Source: an uncultured Thermoplasmata archaeon
Lineage (GTDB): Archaea; Thermoplasmatota; Thermoplasmata; UBA10834
Direction of reading: 5' to 3'
NCBI GenBank assembly: GCA_963719945.1
Contig: CAVRDX010000001.1
Span: forward strand, 96,001-160,000
DNA length: 64,000 nucleotides
Shown: in pieces, positions 34,604 to 44,645 of the stretch
Position numbering within the stretch: position 1 is the first letter of the stretch
How the letters are laid out: every line of letters starts with the position of its first letter
Notes under the pieces: model-generated
The model's database searches: none
Seen by the model: the letters and a program-made list of their open reading frames with translations, nothing else
Told to the model about the DNA's origin: nothing
Position numbers and translations under genes: made by a program

Positions 34604-35344
34604 TTGACTTCTGAACAACCAGAGACCCGCGCAGATGAAGTGGTAGAAGCTTCCGAAGGGCCCAAGGCTTCTGAGCCCGCACCTTCGCCTCCCACGGATG
34701 CTGGCATCAGCCAAACCGACCCTACATCGACCCATGGTGAGGAATGGATGGAGGAATATGAGGCCGAGAAGAAGCCGCGGAGGAAGATACCTCATCTCCT
34801 TGGCATCAGCATCGCTGTGGCAATCGTGCTCATGCTGGTCATCTGGACGTTGCTCAGTCCTCAGGTCCTCCCCGTTTCCGGAGAGACCTACCTGCGCTCT
34901 TCCACGTACGCAAGCCTTGGGAACTACAGCGGGGACCTGGATATCAAATGGTTGTTGAACGCGGTCCATGTCGCCGACACCACTTGGGGCGTTTCGATAG
35001 CTGGTGATCCACAAGCCGCATCAGGGGCTGTCGTGACGTTCAATGTGCTCATCACCAAGGTGAGCGAGGAGATGAAGAACCCGTGGTTCGTCGGGACTTC
35101 CATAAAGCTCAAGGATGCTGCACTCTTCACGGAGGACGGAACAGAGGTCGGGACCATGGTCAGCCGGTCGAGCGAAAGGTTCGGGACCATCGCGGAGATT
35201 GAGGCGACATTCGATTCGCCCGGGAATTACACCTGTTACGTATACACGGAGATCACAATATACGGCAAGATGCTGGTCGGTTACGTCCCGGTGAAGGTTC
35301 TGCGCATGACCGCATATCTTGACGCGGATATGATCGTCACATAG
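34604..35344 (+). CDS. Membrane-anchored hypothetical protein
   Basis: Acidic disordered N-terminus, one TM, beta-rich C-terminal domain. Confidence 0.65.
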   Translation: MTSEQPETRADEVVEASEGPKASEPAPSPPTDAGISQTDPTSTHGEEWMEEYEAEKKPRRKIPHLLGISIAVAIVLMLVIWTLLSPQVLPVSGETYLRSSTYASLGNYSGDLDIKWLLNAVHVADTTWGVSIAGDPQAASGAVVTFNVLITKVSEEMKNPWFVGTSIKLKDAALFTEDGTEVGTMVSRSSERFGTIAEIEATFDSPGNYTCYVYTEITIYGKMLVGYVPVKVLRMTAYLDADMIVT

Positions 35345-35411
35345 GCGTGCGTCGCGCTCATCCTACGTTAATAGTTGATATATAGTGTAGCGGGCATCGG
35401 AGCTGATAGCC

Positions 35412-36053
35412 ATGACTATGGAACTGATACTCATCCGACACGGCGAGACCGAATGGAACAAGGATAAGGTCTTCCGAGGTCAGATGGACATGCGATTGAA
35501 CGCTACAGGCATCGTCCAGGCGGATGCGGTCGCAGACCTGTTGAAAGACAGGGTTTTCGATGCGATATACACGAGCCCGTTGAAACGCGCCGTCGTGACT
35601 GCTCGCAGGATTGCAAAACCCCATGGCATCGAGGCCCGGGAGGCACCGGGTCTGACCGACATGCACTTCGGTAGGTGGCAGGGGCTCACCGAGACCCAGG
35701 TGAACGAGAAATTTTCCTCGGCCTACAGGAAATGGAACACCAACCCTGCCTGGATGAAAGTTCCTGGAGGGGAGAGCACCAGGAGAGCCTGGAAGAGGAT
35801 AAACAGCCAGCTGAGGGAGATCCTGTTCATGCACGGTACTGGGACCGTGGTCATCGTGTCCCACAGGGTACCTCTGAAGATGATGACCGCTTACCTCCTC
35901 AAGATGAAGAGAGGTGAGATAACGAAGATAAAGCACGACCCTTGTGCGATATCGGTCTTCGATGTGCCCGACCGATACAGTGTCAAGGCGGTGACTCTCA
36001 ACGAATCTAGCCACCTGAAGAAATTGGAGCTGCCACCAGCCGAAGACTTCTGA
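35412..36053 (+). CDS. Histidine phosphatase family protein
   Basis: LIRHGETEWN, SPLKRA, FGRWQG, PGGES, VSH. Confidence 0.92.
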   Translation: MTMELILIRHGETEWNKDKVFRGQMDMRLNATGIVQADAVADLLKDRVFDAIYTSPLKRAVVTARRIAKPHGIEAREAPGLTDMHFGRWQGLTETQVNEKFSSAYRKWNTNPAWMKVPGGESTRRAWKRINSQLREILFMHGTGTVVIVSHRVPLKMMTAYLLKMKRGEITKIKHDPCAISVFDVPDRYSVKAVTLNESSHLKKLELPPAEDF

Positions 36054-36061
36054 AGGACATC

Positions 36062-36760
36062 TCAGAGATATCTCGCAAGTGAATCCAAGTTCGTTATGCG
36101 CTGGTATTGCGAATCGGGGAACGCCTCGTTCCTATCGACCAGGATTGCCTTCATGCCTGCGCCAATCGCACCCACTATGTCGATGGACGGCTTGTCGCCC
36201 AGGAAGAGCGACCTGTGCGCCTTGGTCCCCGCCATCTCGAGCGCGATCTCGAATATCCTTTTGTCCGGTTTCCTCACACCGACCTCGTCGGATATCACGA
36301 TGAAATCGAAGTACTTCTCCATGTCCAGGTTCGCGAGAACCCTTCTTGCGAGCTCGGTCGCGTTGGACACGAGGCCGACCATGAGTCCCCTCTTCTTCGT
36401 TGCGATGAGCGTCGGTATCGCGTCTGGGTATGGCACCCAGCTCTCTACTTTCATCGCGTGGGTCCTGAACTCCTTGGATATGTCCTTCGAGAAAGTCTCC
36501 AGGTCGATGGCCGACCCTATCTCATCCAGCACTATCCTGTCGTAATCGTTCCAGAATGATGTTTCATCCTTTCCATGGAGCTTGGAGAAAGCCAGGTCAG
36601 TAACTCTTTCGGCCTTGCGCATGGCAAGAATCAGTCTGGTATCATCGATGTCTTCGCCATTGGATGAGAGCACTGTTGAGATCAGATCCTTATGTGTGGG
36701 GTTGAGGTCCCAGAGGACTCCCCCCGCATCGAACATGACTGCATCGTACTCTTCAGTCAT
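36062..36760 (-). CDS. HAD-superfamily hydrolase
   Basis: FDAGGVL, VSN, KPD, GD...D. Confidence 0.88.
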   Translation of the reverse strand: MTEEYDAVMFDAGGVLWDLNPTHKDLISTVLSSNGEDIDDTRLILAMRKAERVTDLAFSKLHGKDETSFWNDYDRIVLDEIGSAIDLETFSKDISKEFRTHAMKVESWVPYPDAIPTLIATKKRGLMVGLVSNATELARRVLANLDMEKYFDFIVISDEVGVRKPDKRIFEIALEMAGTKAHRSLFLGDKPSIDIVGAIGAGMKAILVDRNEAFPDSQYQRITNLDSLARYL

Positions 36761-36815
36761 GGCTATCTCGAGGGTATCTCATCGTATGTAATGGTGTTGC
36801 CCTCTTGACCCAAGT

Positions 36816-37673
36816 TCATCTGATCAGTTCTGGCACATCCGTCGGGATCCTGGCGACTTTCACTCCAGCGGCTTCGAGTGCGGTGATCTTGCTCTCCGCG
36901 GTCCCTCTGCCTCTGGCGATTATTGCGCCTGCATGTCCCATCCTCTTGCCTGGAGGCGCAGTCCTTCCGGCGATGTATGCGACTACGGGCTTGGTCACGT
37001 TCTTCTTGATGAACTCCGCGGCCTCCTCCTCGGCGGTGCCTCCGATCTCGCCGACCATCACGATCTTCTTGGTCAACGGATCGTTCTGGAACTTTGCCAG
37101 CACATCCACGAAGTTCGTTCCCGGGACCCTGTCCCCTCCTATGCCGACACAGGTCGATTGTCCGATGCCTTGCTCGGTCATCGCGTTGACGATCTCGTAT
37201 GTCAAGGTGCCTGATCTGGAGACCACGCCCACGTCGCCTTTCATGAATATCTTGCTGGGCAGGATGCCTACTTTCCCAAGTCCAGGCGATGCCAAGCCTG
37301 GACAGTTGGGTCCTATCAGCACGACCCCTCTGCTTCTGGCCACTGCGACGAAATGTATCGCATCATGGACCGGTACATGTTCGGTGACCGCGACGATGGT
37401 CTTGATGCCAGCGTCAATCGCTTCCATCACGGAATCGCGTGTGAAAGGCGCGGGGACGAATATGCAGGAAGTATTGGCTCCAGTCTTGGCGACTGCATCG
37501 GCGACCGAGTCGAAGACCGGTATGTCATTGACCATCTGGCCTGCCTTCCCTGGGGTGACCCCAGCGACCACCTTCGTTCCGAAATCCTTCATCGCTTTCG
37601 AGTGATATGTTCCCTGGTAGCCAGTTATGCCCTGGACTACCACCTTGGTGTTGGAATCTACAATGACTGCCAT
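36816..37673 (-). CDS. sucD: Succinyl-CoA ligase (ADP-forming) alpha subunit
   Basis: QGITG, GPNCPG, SRSGTL, RMGHAGA. Confidence 0.96.
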   Translation of the reverse strand: MAVIVDSNTKVVVQGITGYQGTYHSKAMKDFGTKVVAGVTPGKAGQMVNDIPVFDSVADAVAKTGANTSCIFVPAPFTRDSVMEAIDAGIKTIVAVTEHVPVHDAIHFVAVARSRGVVLIGPNCPGLASPGLGKVGILPSKIFMKGDVGVVSRSGTLTYEIVNAMTEQGIGQSTCVGIGGDRVPGTNFVDVLAKFQNDPLTKKIVMVGEIGGTAEEEAAEFIKKNVTKPVVAYIAGRTAPPGKRMGHAGAIIARGRGTAESKITALEAAGVKVARIPTDVPELIR

Positions 37674-37677
37674 AGTA

Positions 37678-38781
37678 TCACCTCAGTGACTCCTTCGAGG
37701 CCTTCTCAGCGGCCTCGCTCAGCCCAGATGCAGGTATCATCCCAGCGTTCCTGAGCATATCTCGCGCCAGCTCCTCGTTCACTCCCTTGATACGCGCGAC
37801 TATGGGTACCTTGGTCTTGATGTCCTTGATAGCTTCAAGCACACCTTTGGCGACCGTGTCGCACTTCGTGATCCCGCCGAATATGTTCAGCAGGATGACC
37901 TTCGGCTTCGCCTCTCCCATGAGCTGCATGGCCTCCCTGACCTTCTCTGGGTCGTCGGTGCCTCCGAGGTCAAGGAACACGCCTGCCTTGCCCCCGAACA
38001 TATTGATGCTGTCCAATGTGGCCATCGTGAGTCCAGCACCGTTGGCGATAACACCTATGTTTCCGTCCAATTGCACGAATGCGATGTCGAGCTTCTTCGC
38101 CTTCGCTTCCAAAGGCGTGAGGTCTTCCTCCAGCTCGTCATATTCCTTGTGCCTGAACATGGCATCGGAATCGATGGTTATCTTGGCGTCACCGGCGACG
38201 ACCTTGCCGTCCTTCGTGATAACGAGCGGATTGATCTCGACCAACTCCGCATCCTCGCTCTCGGCCAGCTCATAGATCTTGGATACGATGCCCATAACCT
38301 GGACTCCCTGCTCTTTTGGCAGTCCAAGGAAGCTGGCGACCCGTCTGCCGATGAATTGCTGATATCCCATCAGCGGGTCGATCGGAAGCATCAGCAGCTT
38401 GTCATCGGGAACGGATTCGATATCCATCCCTCCACTTGCGGATGCCATCAGAAGCATGCCACGGCGGCTTCTATCAATTGTCATTCCCAGATACAGCTCT
38501 TTGTCGACATCGAGCCGCTGCTCCAGGAGCACCTGCTTCGTGATGTATCCCTTGATGTTCATGCCTAGGATTGCGGAGGCGACCTTCTTCGCTTCGGCGA
38601 CGGTCTTCGCGGGCTTTATGCCGCCCGCCTTGCCTCTTCCTCCTATCAATACCTGAGCCTTCACCATGACGGGACCTGGCAATGCCTTGATCTCGTCCGG
38701 CGAGGACACGACCTGTCCGATCGGGATCGGTATGCCGTGCTTCCTCATCAGCTCCTTGGCTTTGAACTCATACAGTTTCAT
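37678..38781 (-). CDS. sucC: Succinyl-CoA ligase (ADP-forming) beta subunit
   Basis: MKLYE, KAQVLIGGRGKAGG, EINPL, NGAGL, NIFGGI. Confidence 0.96.
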   Translation of the reverse strand: MKLYEFKAKELMRKHGIPIPIGQVVSSPDEIKALPGPVMVKAQVLIGGRGKAGGIKPAKTVAEAKKVASAILGMNIKGYITKQVLLEQRLDVDKELYLGMTIDRSRRGMLLMASASGGMDIESVPDDKLLMLPIDPLMGYQQFIGRRVASFLGLPKEQGVQVMGIVSKIYELAESEDAELVEINPLVITKDGKVVAGDAKITIDSDAMFRHKEYDELEEDLTPLEAKAKKLDIAFVQLDGNIGVIANGAGLTMATLDSINMFGGKAGVFLDLGGTDDPEKVREAMQLMGEAKPKVILLNIFGGITKCDTVAKGVLEAIKDIKTKVPIVARIKGVNEELARDMLRNAGMIPASGLSEAAEKASKESLR

Positions 38782-38918
38782 CTCAGATTCGCCTTCGCTC
38801 GTAAGCGGGAACAACTGTATTTAGCAATTATCACGAGACAGATATTCATGTTCCTATGGCCATGATTGTGCAACCTCGTCGAAAGGCTTATCAGACATCC
38901 ATCCAATCAACCAGCCCT

Positions 38919-39509
38919 ATGCAGCGAGATGTGAAGATTGAAACTTTGATCGTGTTGTCTGCGTTGGTGTTCGCCACTCTCGCTGTGACCATGTTCCTCG
39001 TGCCTTTCGAGGACAATAATACCAGGATATTCTTCGTGAGCCTCGCCGCGATCCTCGTTTCGATTAACATAGCCGGGTTCTTCATGGTCTGGAGCTCCTC
39101 CCCAACCATAGTGGACGAGATATTCCTGATGACGCCTGACGGACGTCTTTTGAAGCATTACACCCGCCGGCTGAGGCCCGACCAGGATGAGGACATCCTC
39201 GCAGGTATGCTCACAGCCGTGCAGAACTTCATACGTGAGAGTTTCGATGAGAGCGGCGGGCGGCTGAAGGAAATACGTTTCGAACACTACGATATCGTGA
39301 TATCCCACTCGAAGAACGTCGTCATCGCAGCGATAATATCCACCAAGAAGCCAGAGAAGCTCAGGCTGCAGCTGACCATGGTCACGGACGACCTCGAGAA
39401 GCACTTCGGAAGCAAGCTCAAGAACTGGGGAGGCGACAAGGCGGATCTGACCGGTGTGGATATCATAATGAAGAAGCTTCTGAGTGGGAAGTATCGAAAG
39501 CCCCTCTGA
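38919..39509 (+). CDS. Two-TM protein with a C-terminal longin/roadblock-like domain
   Basis: DEIFLM..DGRLL..Y...DEDILAGMLTAVQNF..ESF...LKEIRF pattern; the fold call is an inference. Confidence 0.65.
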   Translation: MQRDVKIETLIVLSALVFATLAVTMFLVPFEDNNTRIFFVSLAAILVSINIAGFFMVWSSSPTIVDEIFLMTPDGRLLKHYTRRLRPDQDEDILAGMLTAVQNFIRESFDESGGRLKEIRFEHYDIVISHSKNVVIAAIISTKKPEKLRLQLTMVTDDLEKHFGSKLKNWGGDKADLTGVDIIMKKLLSGKYRKPL

Positions 39510-39553
39510 TGATAAAAAGCTTTTAAGCCATCCACTGCCTATTGCGCTCCTGG

Positions 39554-40370
39554 ATGGAGCTTAAGGAGCTTCTGATGAAAGTCGTCCTCCTGGGCGACGG
39601 CGCAGTAGGCAAGACATCCCTTATAGCCAGGTATGTCGTCAACAAGTTCGATGACAAGTACATCGCTACAATTGGTACCAAAGTGTCCAAGAAGGACATG
39701 CAGCTGACGAAGCCCAACCTTATAATCAACCTCAGATTGATGATATGGGACATCCTGGGTCAGAAGGAATATGCCAAGATCCGGAGTGCGAGCTTGAGCG
39801 GTGCCCAGGGAGTCATCGTCGTGGGAGACCTCACTCGGCCCGAGACCGTCCAGGCGATCGAGACTTTTTGGCTCCGAGAGGTCGGGAGCATCGTGGGCAA
39901 GGTTCCGACCATACTCCTCGGGAACAAGGCGGACATTGCGGACATGACATCGATGTCCATCACCACCCTCGAGTCTATGGGGCAGAAGCTCGGATGCCCG
40001 ATATTCCTCACGAGCGCCAGGACTGGCGAGAACTGTCGAGGCTGCGTTCGACGCGCTTGCGCAGATGTTGGTCGAGGACGTGGTGGCCCGCAGGATGAAG
40101 GCTGAAGAGGACGCACCCCAATCGCTCGCAGAGGTTGTGGATTTTATCATTCAGGATTTTTGTGCCCAATACGGTGATCTCGAGAAGGCTATGCTGATAG
40201 TCCAACACCAGTTCGAGGAGGCGGAAGTGGACATAAGGAAGCCGAACAAGGATGCGGTCCTCCAGGCGCTGGAAGGCCTTGCGAAGGCAGAGGAGCTCTC
40301 GCTCACCAAGACCGTCGCCCTCGTGAACCTGGAAGAGCGCCAGAAGCTCGTAGTGCTGGCGAAAGGCTAG
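39554..40370 (+). CDS. Ras/Rab-like small GTPase with a C-terminal helical extension, apparent +1 frameshift at ~40034
   Basis: GDGAVGKTS, YIATIG, WDILGQ, GNKAD, TSARTGEN; deleting one base gives ENVEAAFDALAQMLVED, which runs into the 40065-40370 frame. Confidence 0.85.
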
Positions 40371-40456
40371 GATATCTGGATTCGCTGTCGAAAATAGGAA
40401 GCCCAACCAAGTCGGAGGCCAAGGTTTTATAAGGCTCGAGCCATCCGGATTCTGGA

Positions 40457-41104
40457 ATGAAGGTCCACTACATAGCAGGGGTGGCGTACGACAGCAACGT
40501 GTACCTTCTGGAAGATGACGACCCGATCCTCGTGGATGCGGGCACCGGCATGAATGTCGATACGACTCTGGAGGAGGTGTCTAGGATAGTTCCTCTGAAG
40601 GATATCGGCCGTGTGGTGCTCACGCACAGTCACTACGACCATATGGGCGGGGCCGAGGCGATCCAGAAGGCGACGGGCGCGAAGCTATACCTGCACGAGA
40701 TAGAATCGGATCTGATATCGGCTGGAGATACCTCTCTGACCGTGTCACAGATGTTCGGCATGAAATTCGCCAATCTAGATGTCGAGCCGCTCAAGACCGG
40801 CCAGAAACTCAAGTGCGGTTCTGCTGAGCTGGAGGTCCTTCACACCCCTGGTCATTCGCCAGGTTCCATAACGCTCCTTGACCGGACAGGCATGTCTGCG
40901 ATCGTGGGTGACACCGTGTTCTGCGACGGAGGAGTCGGTCGGTGGGACCTTCCGGGCGGGGACCTGTCTGAGCTCAGATCTTCCCTGATTCGATTGAAAG
41001 GGCTGGGACTGAAGAACATGTACCCTGGTCATGGGTCATACGCCGAGGGTGATGCGCAATATCATCTCAAGCTCTCGACGGAGTACATATCGGAGGCATA
41101 CTGA
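40457..41104 (+). CDS. MBL-fold metallo-hydrolase
   Basis: THSHYDH, TPGHSPG, GD, PGHG. Confidence 0.9.
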   Translation: MKVHYIAGVAYDSNVYLLEDDDPILVDAGTGMNVDTTLEEVSRIVPLKDIGRVVLTHSHYDHMGGAEAIQKATGAKLYLHEIESDLISAGDTSLTVSQMFGMKFANLDVEPLKTGQKLKCGSAELEVLHTPGHSPGSITLLDRTGMSAIVGDTVFCDGGVGRWDLPGGDLSELRSSLIRLKGLGLKNMYPGHGSYAEGDAQYHLKLSTEYISEAY

Positions 41105-41748
41105 TGAAAGTGCTGAAGTGCACGGGGCACAAGGAAGTCTGCAAGAAGTGCGATCTGCCAGAGAAGGATGTGGACGAGCTCATAGCGGTGCTCAAAGCCG
41201 GTGAGCTGATCGTCTTCCCGACGGACACCCTATATGGCATAGGTGCTGATCCGTTCAAGGAATCTTCCGTGAAGAAGGTCTTCATCGCGAAGAACAGGCC
41301 TTTCGACATGCCTCTTTCCATCGCTGTGAGCAACGAGAAGATGATGGAGAGCGTCGCCGTTCTGAACGAGAAGGCGAGGGCTGTCATCAGGAAGTACATG
41401 CCCGGACCGATCACTATAATGCTTGCGAAGAAACCCAGCATACCGGATATCCTTACATCAGGTTCGAACCTCGTGGGTATCAGGATACCGGATCATCCCT
41501 TGGCAATCCGTCTGATAGACAGGTTCGGTCCGATCACCGCGACCAGCGCCAACCTCCACTCTCAGAAGGACCCGGTGGACGCTTCGATATCGAAGAAGGA
41601 TCTGAAGGACCATATCAAGATCTGCGTCGATTGCGGCAAGACCAAGTACGCCGCCCCATCTACCATCGTAGACGTATCGGATGGCGAGGTGGACGTCATC
41701 CGGAAGGGCGTAATACCTCAGGAGGAGATTGAGAACGCCCTCCGTTAA
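41104..41748 (+). CDS. Threonylcarbamoyl-AMP synthase (Sua5/TsaC)
   Basis: PTDTLYG, KNR, PGP, TSAN, PSTIVD. Confidence 0.92.
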   Translation: MKVLKCTGHKEVCKKCDLPEKDVDELIAVLKAGELIVFPTDTLYGIGADPFKESSVKKVFIAKNRPFDMPLSIAVSNEKMMESVAVLNEKARAVIRKYMPGPITIMLAKKPSIPDILTSGSNLVGIRIPDHPLAIRLIDRFGPITATSANLHSQKDPVDASISKKDLKDHIKICVDCGKTKYAAPSTIVDVSDGEVDVIRKGVIPQEEIENALR

Positions 41749-42628
41749 TGACGATATGCTGAAGAAATACAAGCTCGCCGGGGCCATCGCCCGCGAGGCG
41801 AGGGAGTTCGGTGTTTCCCACGCCAAGGCTGGAGTCAGCGCACTGGAGCTTGCCAACGCAATGGAATCATTGATTCGCTCTAAAGGTGGCGAGTGTGCAT
41901 TCCCTGTCAATATCGGGATCAACGAGGTAGCTGCGCATTATACCCCTTCCAAAGCAGACGATGTCCTACTCAAGATCGGAGACGTCGTCAAGCTCGATGT
42001 GGGCTCCCACATAGACGGTTATCCCGCGGATACATCCGCAACCGTGGAGATCGGCACCAGGAACAACCAGTCACTCATCACGTCAGCCGAGGACGCTCTC
42101 AAGATGTGCGTGGAGATGATCGCACCTGGAACCACTCTATCTGCCATCGGAGAGGCGGTGGACCGAGCGATATCATCTGCAGGGTTCAAACCGATCGAGA
42201 ACCTCACAGGTCATAGCATGGAACGTTTCAATCTCCACGCGGGCCTGAGCATTCCGAATGTAAAGACAAAGGACAGGGCTTTTGTCGAAGAAGGCATGAT
42301 CCTTGCGATCGAGCCGTTCTCAACGACGGGTTCCGGAAGGGTGAAGGGTGCGTGCAGGGGGAACATCTACAGGATAATGAGGGACCGCCGCGCACCCGCG
42401 GAGATATCCACGATGTTCTCACGGATGCAGAGCAAATTCGGATCGTTCCCTTTCGCGTCCAGGTGGTGTGACGATCTTCATCCGAACGCCCAGACTCTTC
42501 TTCCAAAGATGTTGCGTATGGGCATGGTGATGAACTACCCCGTGCTGTCCGAGGTTCGCGGAGGCGTAGTCGCCCAGGCGGAACACTCGGTGCTGGTCAC
42601 CAAGAATAGCTGCATTGTTTTGACTTGA
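41729..42628 (+). CDS. map: Type II methionine aminopeptidase
   Basis: AFPVN, AAHYT, D..D, NLTGH, LHAG, EPF, QAEH. Confidence 0.95.
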   Translation: MRTPSVNDDMLKKYKLAGAIAREAREFGVSHAKAGVSALELANAMESLIRSKGGECAFPVNIGINEVAAHYTPSKADDVLLKIGDVVKLDVGSHIDGYPADTSATVEIGTRNNQSLITSAEDALKMCVEMIAPGTTLSAIGEAVDRAISSAGFKPIENLTGHSMERFNLHAGLSIPNVKTKDRAFVEEGMILAIEPFSTTGSGRVKGACRGNIYRIMRDRRAPAEISTMFSRMQSKFGSFPFASRWCDDLHPNAQTLLPKMLRMGMVMNYPVLSEVRGGVVAQAEHSVLVTKNSCIVLT

Positions 42629-43109
42629 CGGAAGAAATTCTGAGCAAGCCTATCGTTGCATCGTCTACCCAAAATCGATTCTTTTCAAGCTGATGCAAAT
42701 GACGCTTGTTCCTCGCCGATGCCTCCCCACCCAGGCCCTTAAAGGGCACAGGTGGAGAGGCATGACGAACACCTCTTTTGTGAAAAAGTTGTGGGTGGTT
42801 CGAAATTCTGGAGGAAATGGCGAGGTGTGTTGGTGATGCCTCTCCTTTTTGGAGTTTTGCAGACTTCCTCCGAGTCTGTCAGAGGTTAATAAGTTCCCAT
42901 TATTTTAATCCTTTTCGCTTTCACCACATGTCGTTGGTTCATTTCTAGAAGGGGTTTTGGTCGATTGAATACATGATTGTGCCAGAACGCACCCCTTTGA
43001 GTAGGTGGTTTCCCATTTTGCTAGCATCTCCATTGTTGATATGCTAATCCGAATCGTGCTCGCGGACTGCGAATCTTTAATAGATATGTGACGCTAACCG
43101 TTGAGCTAA

Positions 43110-43194
43110 GCGAGGGTAGCCAAGCCCGGTCAAAGGCGACAGACTCAAGATCTGTTCTCGCAGGGGTTCCCCGGTTCAAATCCGGGCCCTCGCA
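43110..43194 (+). tRNA. tRNA-Leu(CAA), intronless, CCA not encoded
   Basis: Acceptor GCGAGGG/CCCTCGC-A, anticodon arm ACAGA-CTCAAGA-TCTGT, long variable arm, T-arm CCCGG-TTCAAAT-CCGGG; TATA-like TTTAATA about 30 nt upstream. Confidence 0.96.
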
Positions 43195-43283
43195 CATTAT
43201 TATTCTAAATGCGTAAATTATATTGTGTCACAGTTCAAATCAGGATCATGTAATGGTCCCGAACTCTGCAGCAGAAGTTCTAA

Positions 43284-43832
43284 GTGATGGCGATTCAATT
43301 CCCTGTTTGGTCGGGTGGCTGCCTGCGCATTGGGCATTTGGATGGTAAGAACAGGATATACGATTCTGATGGAGAGCTGATTCTCAAGGAGAGCGAGAGG
43401 CTTCTTGGCAGATATGTCAAAGTGGAATTAGACATCAAGAAAGGGTGGCGCATGTGGATGGTGGAGAGTGTCTTCACGAGAGAAGCAGGCGCCGTTACTT
43501 GCTACATTACAGACCGGAGAATTGTGTGCATAAGGCGTCCGGATGTCCACAAGGCCGGCGCCTATCTGATGACTCCCTATGGCGCTGCGGAAGGGATCGC
43601 AGATATGTACAAGGCTCGCAAGATTCTCGAAGCAGGCGGATTTGAGTTCTGTGAGTTCATGCCGGATGAGATTCGATTCTACAAGAAGTATCCTGCGGTG
43701 ATGAGTCTCAGGATGATGGATGGTGGAAAGAAATACAGTGCAGACTTCACGATAAAGGGCAAAGCCTTGTCACCTCATTTCCGTCCCGCTCTGATGTCTT
43801 GGGTGGAGAGTAAAGGGATTTCACCAGCGTGA
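43284..43832 (+). CDS. Hypothetical protein (cassette 1)
   Basis: 182-aa ORF with no recognised motif. Confidence 0.6.
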   Translation: MMAIQFPVWSGGCLRIGHLDGKNRIYDSDGELILKESERLLGRYVKVELDIKKGWRMWMVESVFTREAGAVTCYITDRRIVCIRRPDVHKAGAYLMTPYGAAEGIADMYKARKILEAGGFEFCEFMPDEIRFYKKYPAVMSLRMMDGGKKYSADFTIKGKALSPHFRPALMSWVESKGISPA

Positions 43833-43913
43833 TGCTTCAATCTCCTATGGCCTTCTCTCCACAGTTCAAATCAGCATCATGCGTAACCACTCGATTCATA
43901 AGGACTGAGTTCA

Positions 43914-44420
43914 ATGCGCCTGCGATGTCTGACTCGGAGGAGAATGCATGTGTCTTTCGCAGGAGGTGAGACTCTGAGTTTGCTCGCGGAGAGATTTGCT
44001 AGATGGGAAGAAAAGCAAAAGAAATCCAACAGACAGTTGAGATCTGTTCCAGGCCTTAGGAATATCTTCCTTTTCCTGTCATTTGGCTTGATTCCAGCAT
44101 TCTTGCTCTATGCGTGGTTCGATTCCAATGCAAACAATCTGCAATATACATGGTTGTCAGTTGCCGCATTCGTGTGTATGTATTCCTATGGGATGATAGC
44201 TATACTTGACCTTGGCTATCGACGCGACGCTGCTTATCTTGCGTCGGGTTTTCTCATTATTGCATTTGCCAATAAACTCATTGGAAATAATTTCGAGCAT
44301 AGCCTGATTATATGGGGGATGCTGATTGGTTGGTTTAGCGGCGTTGCTTCCATATCATGCATAATGTGGCTTAGGCTTCGAAAAGAATGGAACGAGAAGA
44401 ATCCTGAAAAGAGATGTTGA
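43914..44420 (+). CDS. Hypothetical four-TM membrane protein (cassette 1)
   Basis: Hydrophobic segments; likely start TTG 43980 after GGAGGTGA; stop lies 22 bp before R1. Confidence 0.6.
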   Translation: MRLRCLTRRRMHVSFAGGETLSLLAERFARWEEKQKKSNRQLRSVPGLRNIFLFLSFGLIPAFLLYAWFDSNANNLQYTWLSVAAFVCMYSYGMIAILDLGYRRDAAYLASGFLIIAFANKLIGNNFEHSLIIWGMLIGWFSGVASISCIMWLRLRKEWNEKNPEKRC

Positions 44421-44442
44421 TTCAGCGCTCAGATTCTCTCGA

Positions 44443-44555
44443 TTTTTTACCATCAAAGAATTCGGAGAATCAAGAATCGTGTTTGGCTTTTAGGATTATA
44501 GCTGGCAGTTTTAATTAGGGGTAAATTTGGGGTGATAATCCGGGCCCTCGCACAT
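44443..44555 (+). repeat. att-like repeat R1
   Basis: TTTACCATCAAAGAATTCGG...AGCTGGCAGTTTTAATTAGGGGTAAAT...AATCCGGGCCCTCGCACAT. Confidence 0.95.
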
Positions 44556-44645
44556 ATTTATTATGTGCATATTATTCAAATATGCGGCCGGCTATTGATT
44601 CGTGATGGTCATTGAAATGCATCGTTGCTTCACAGGTACTCTATG

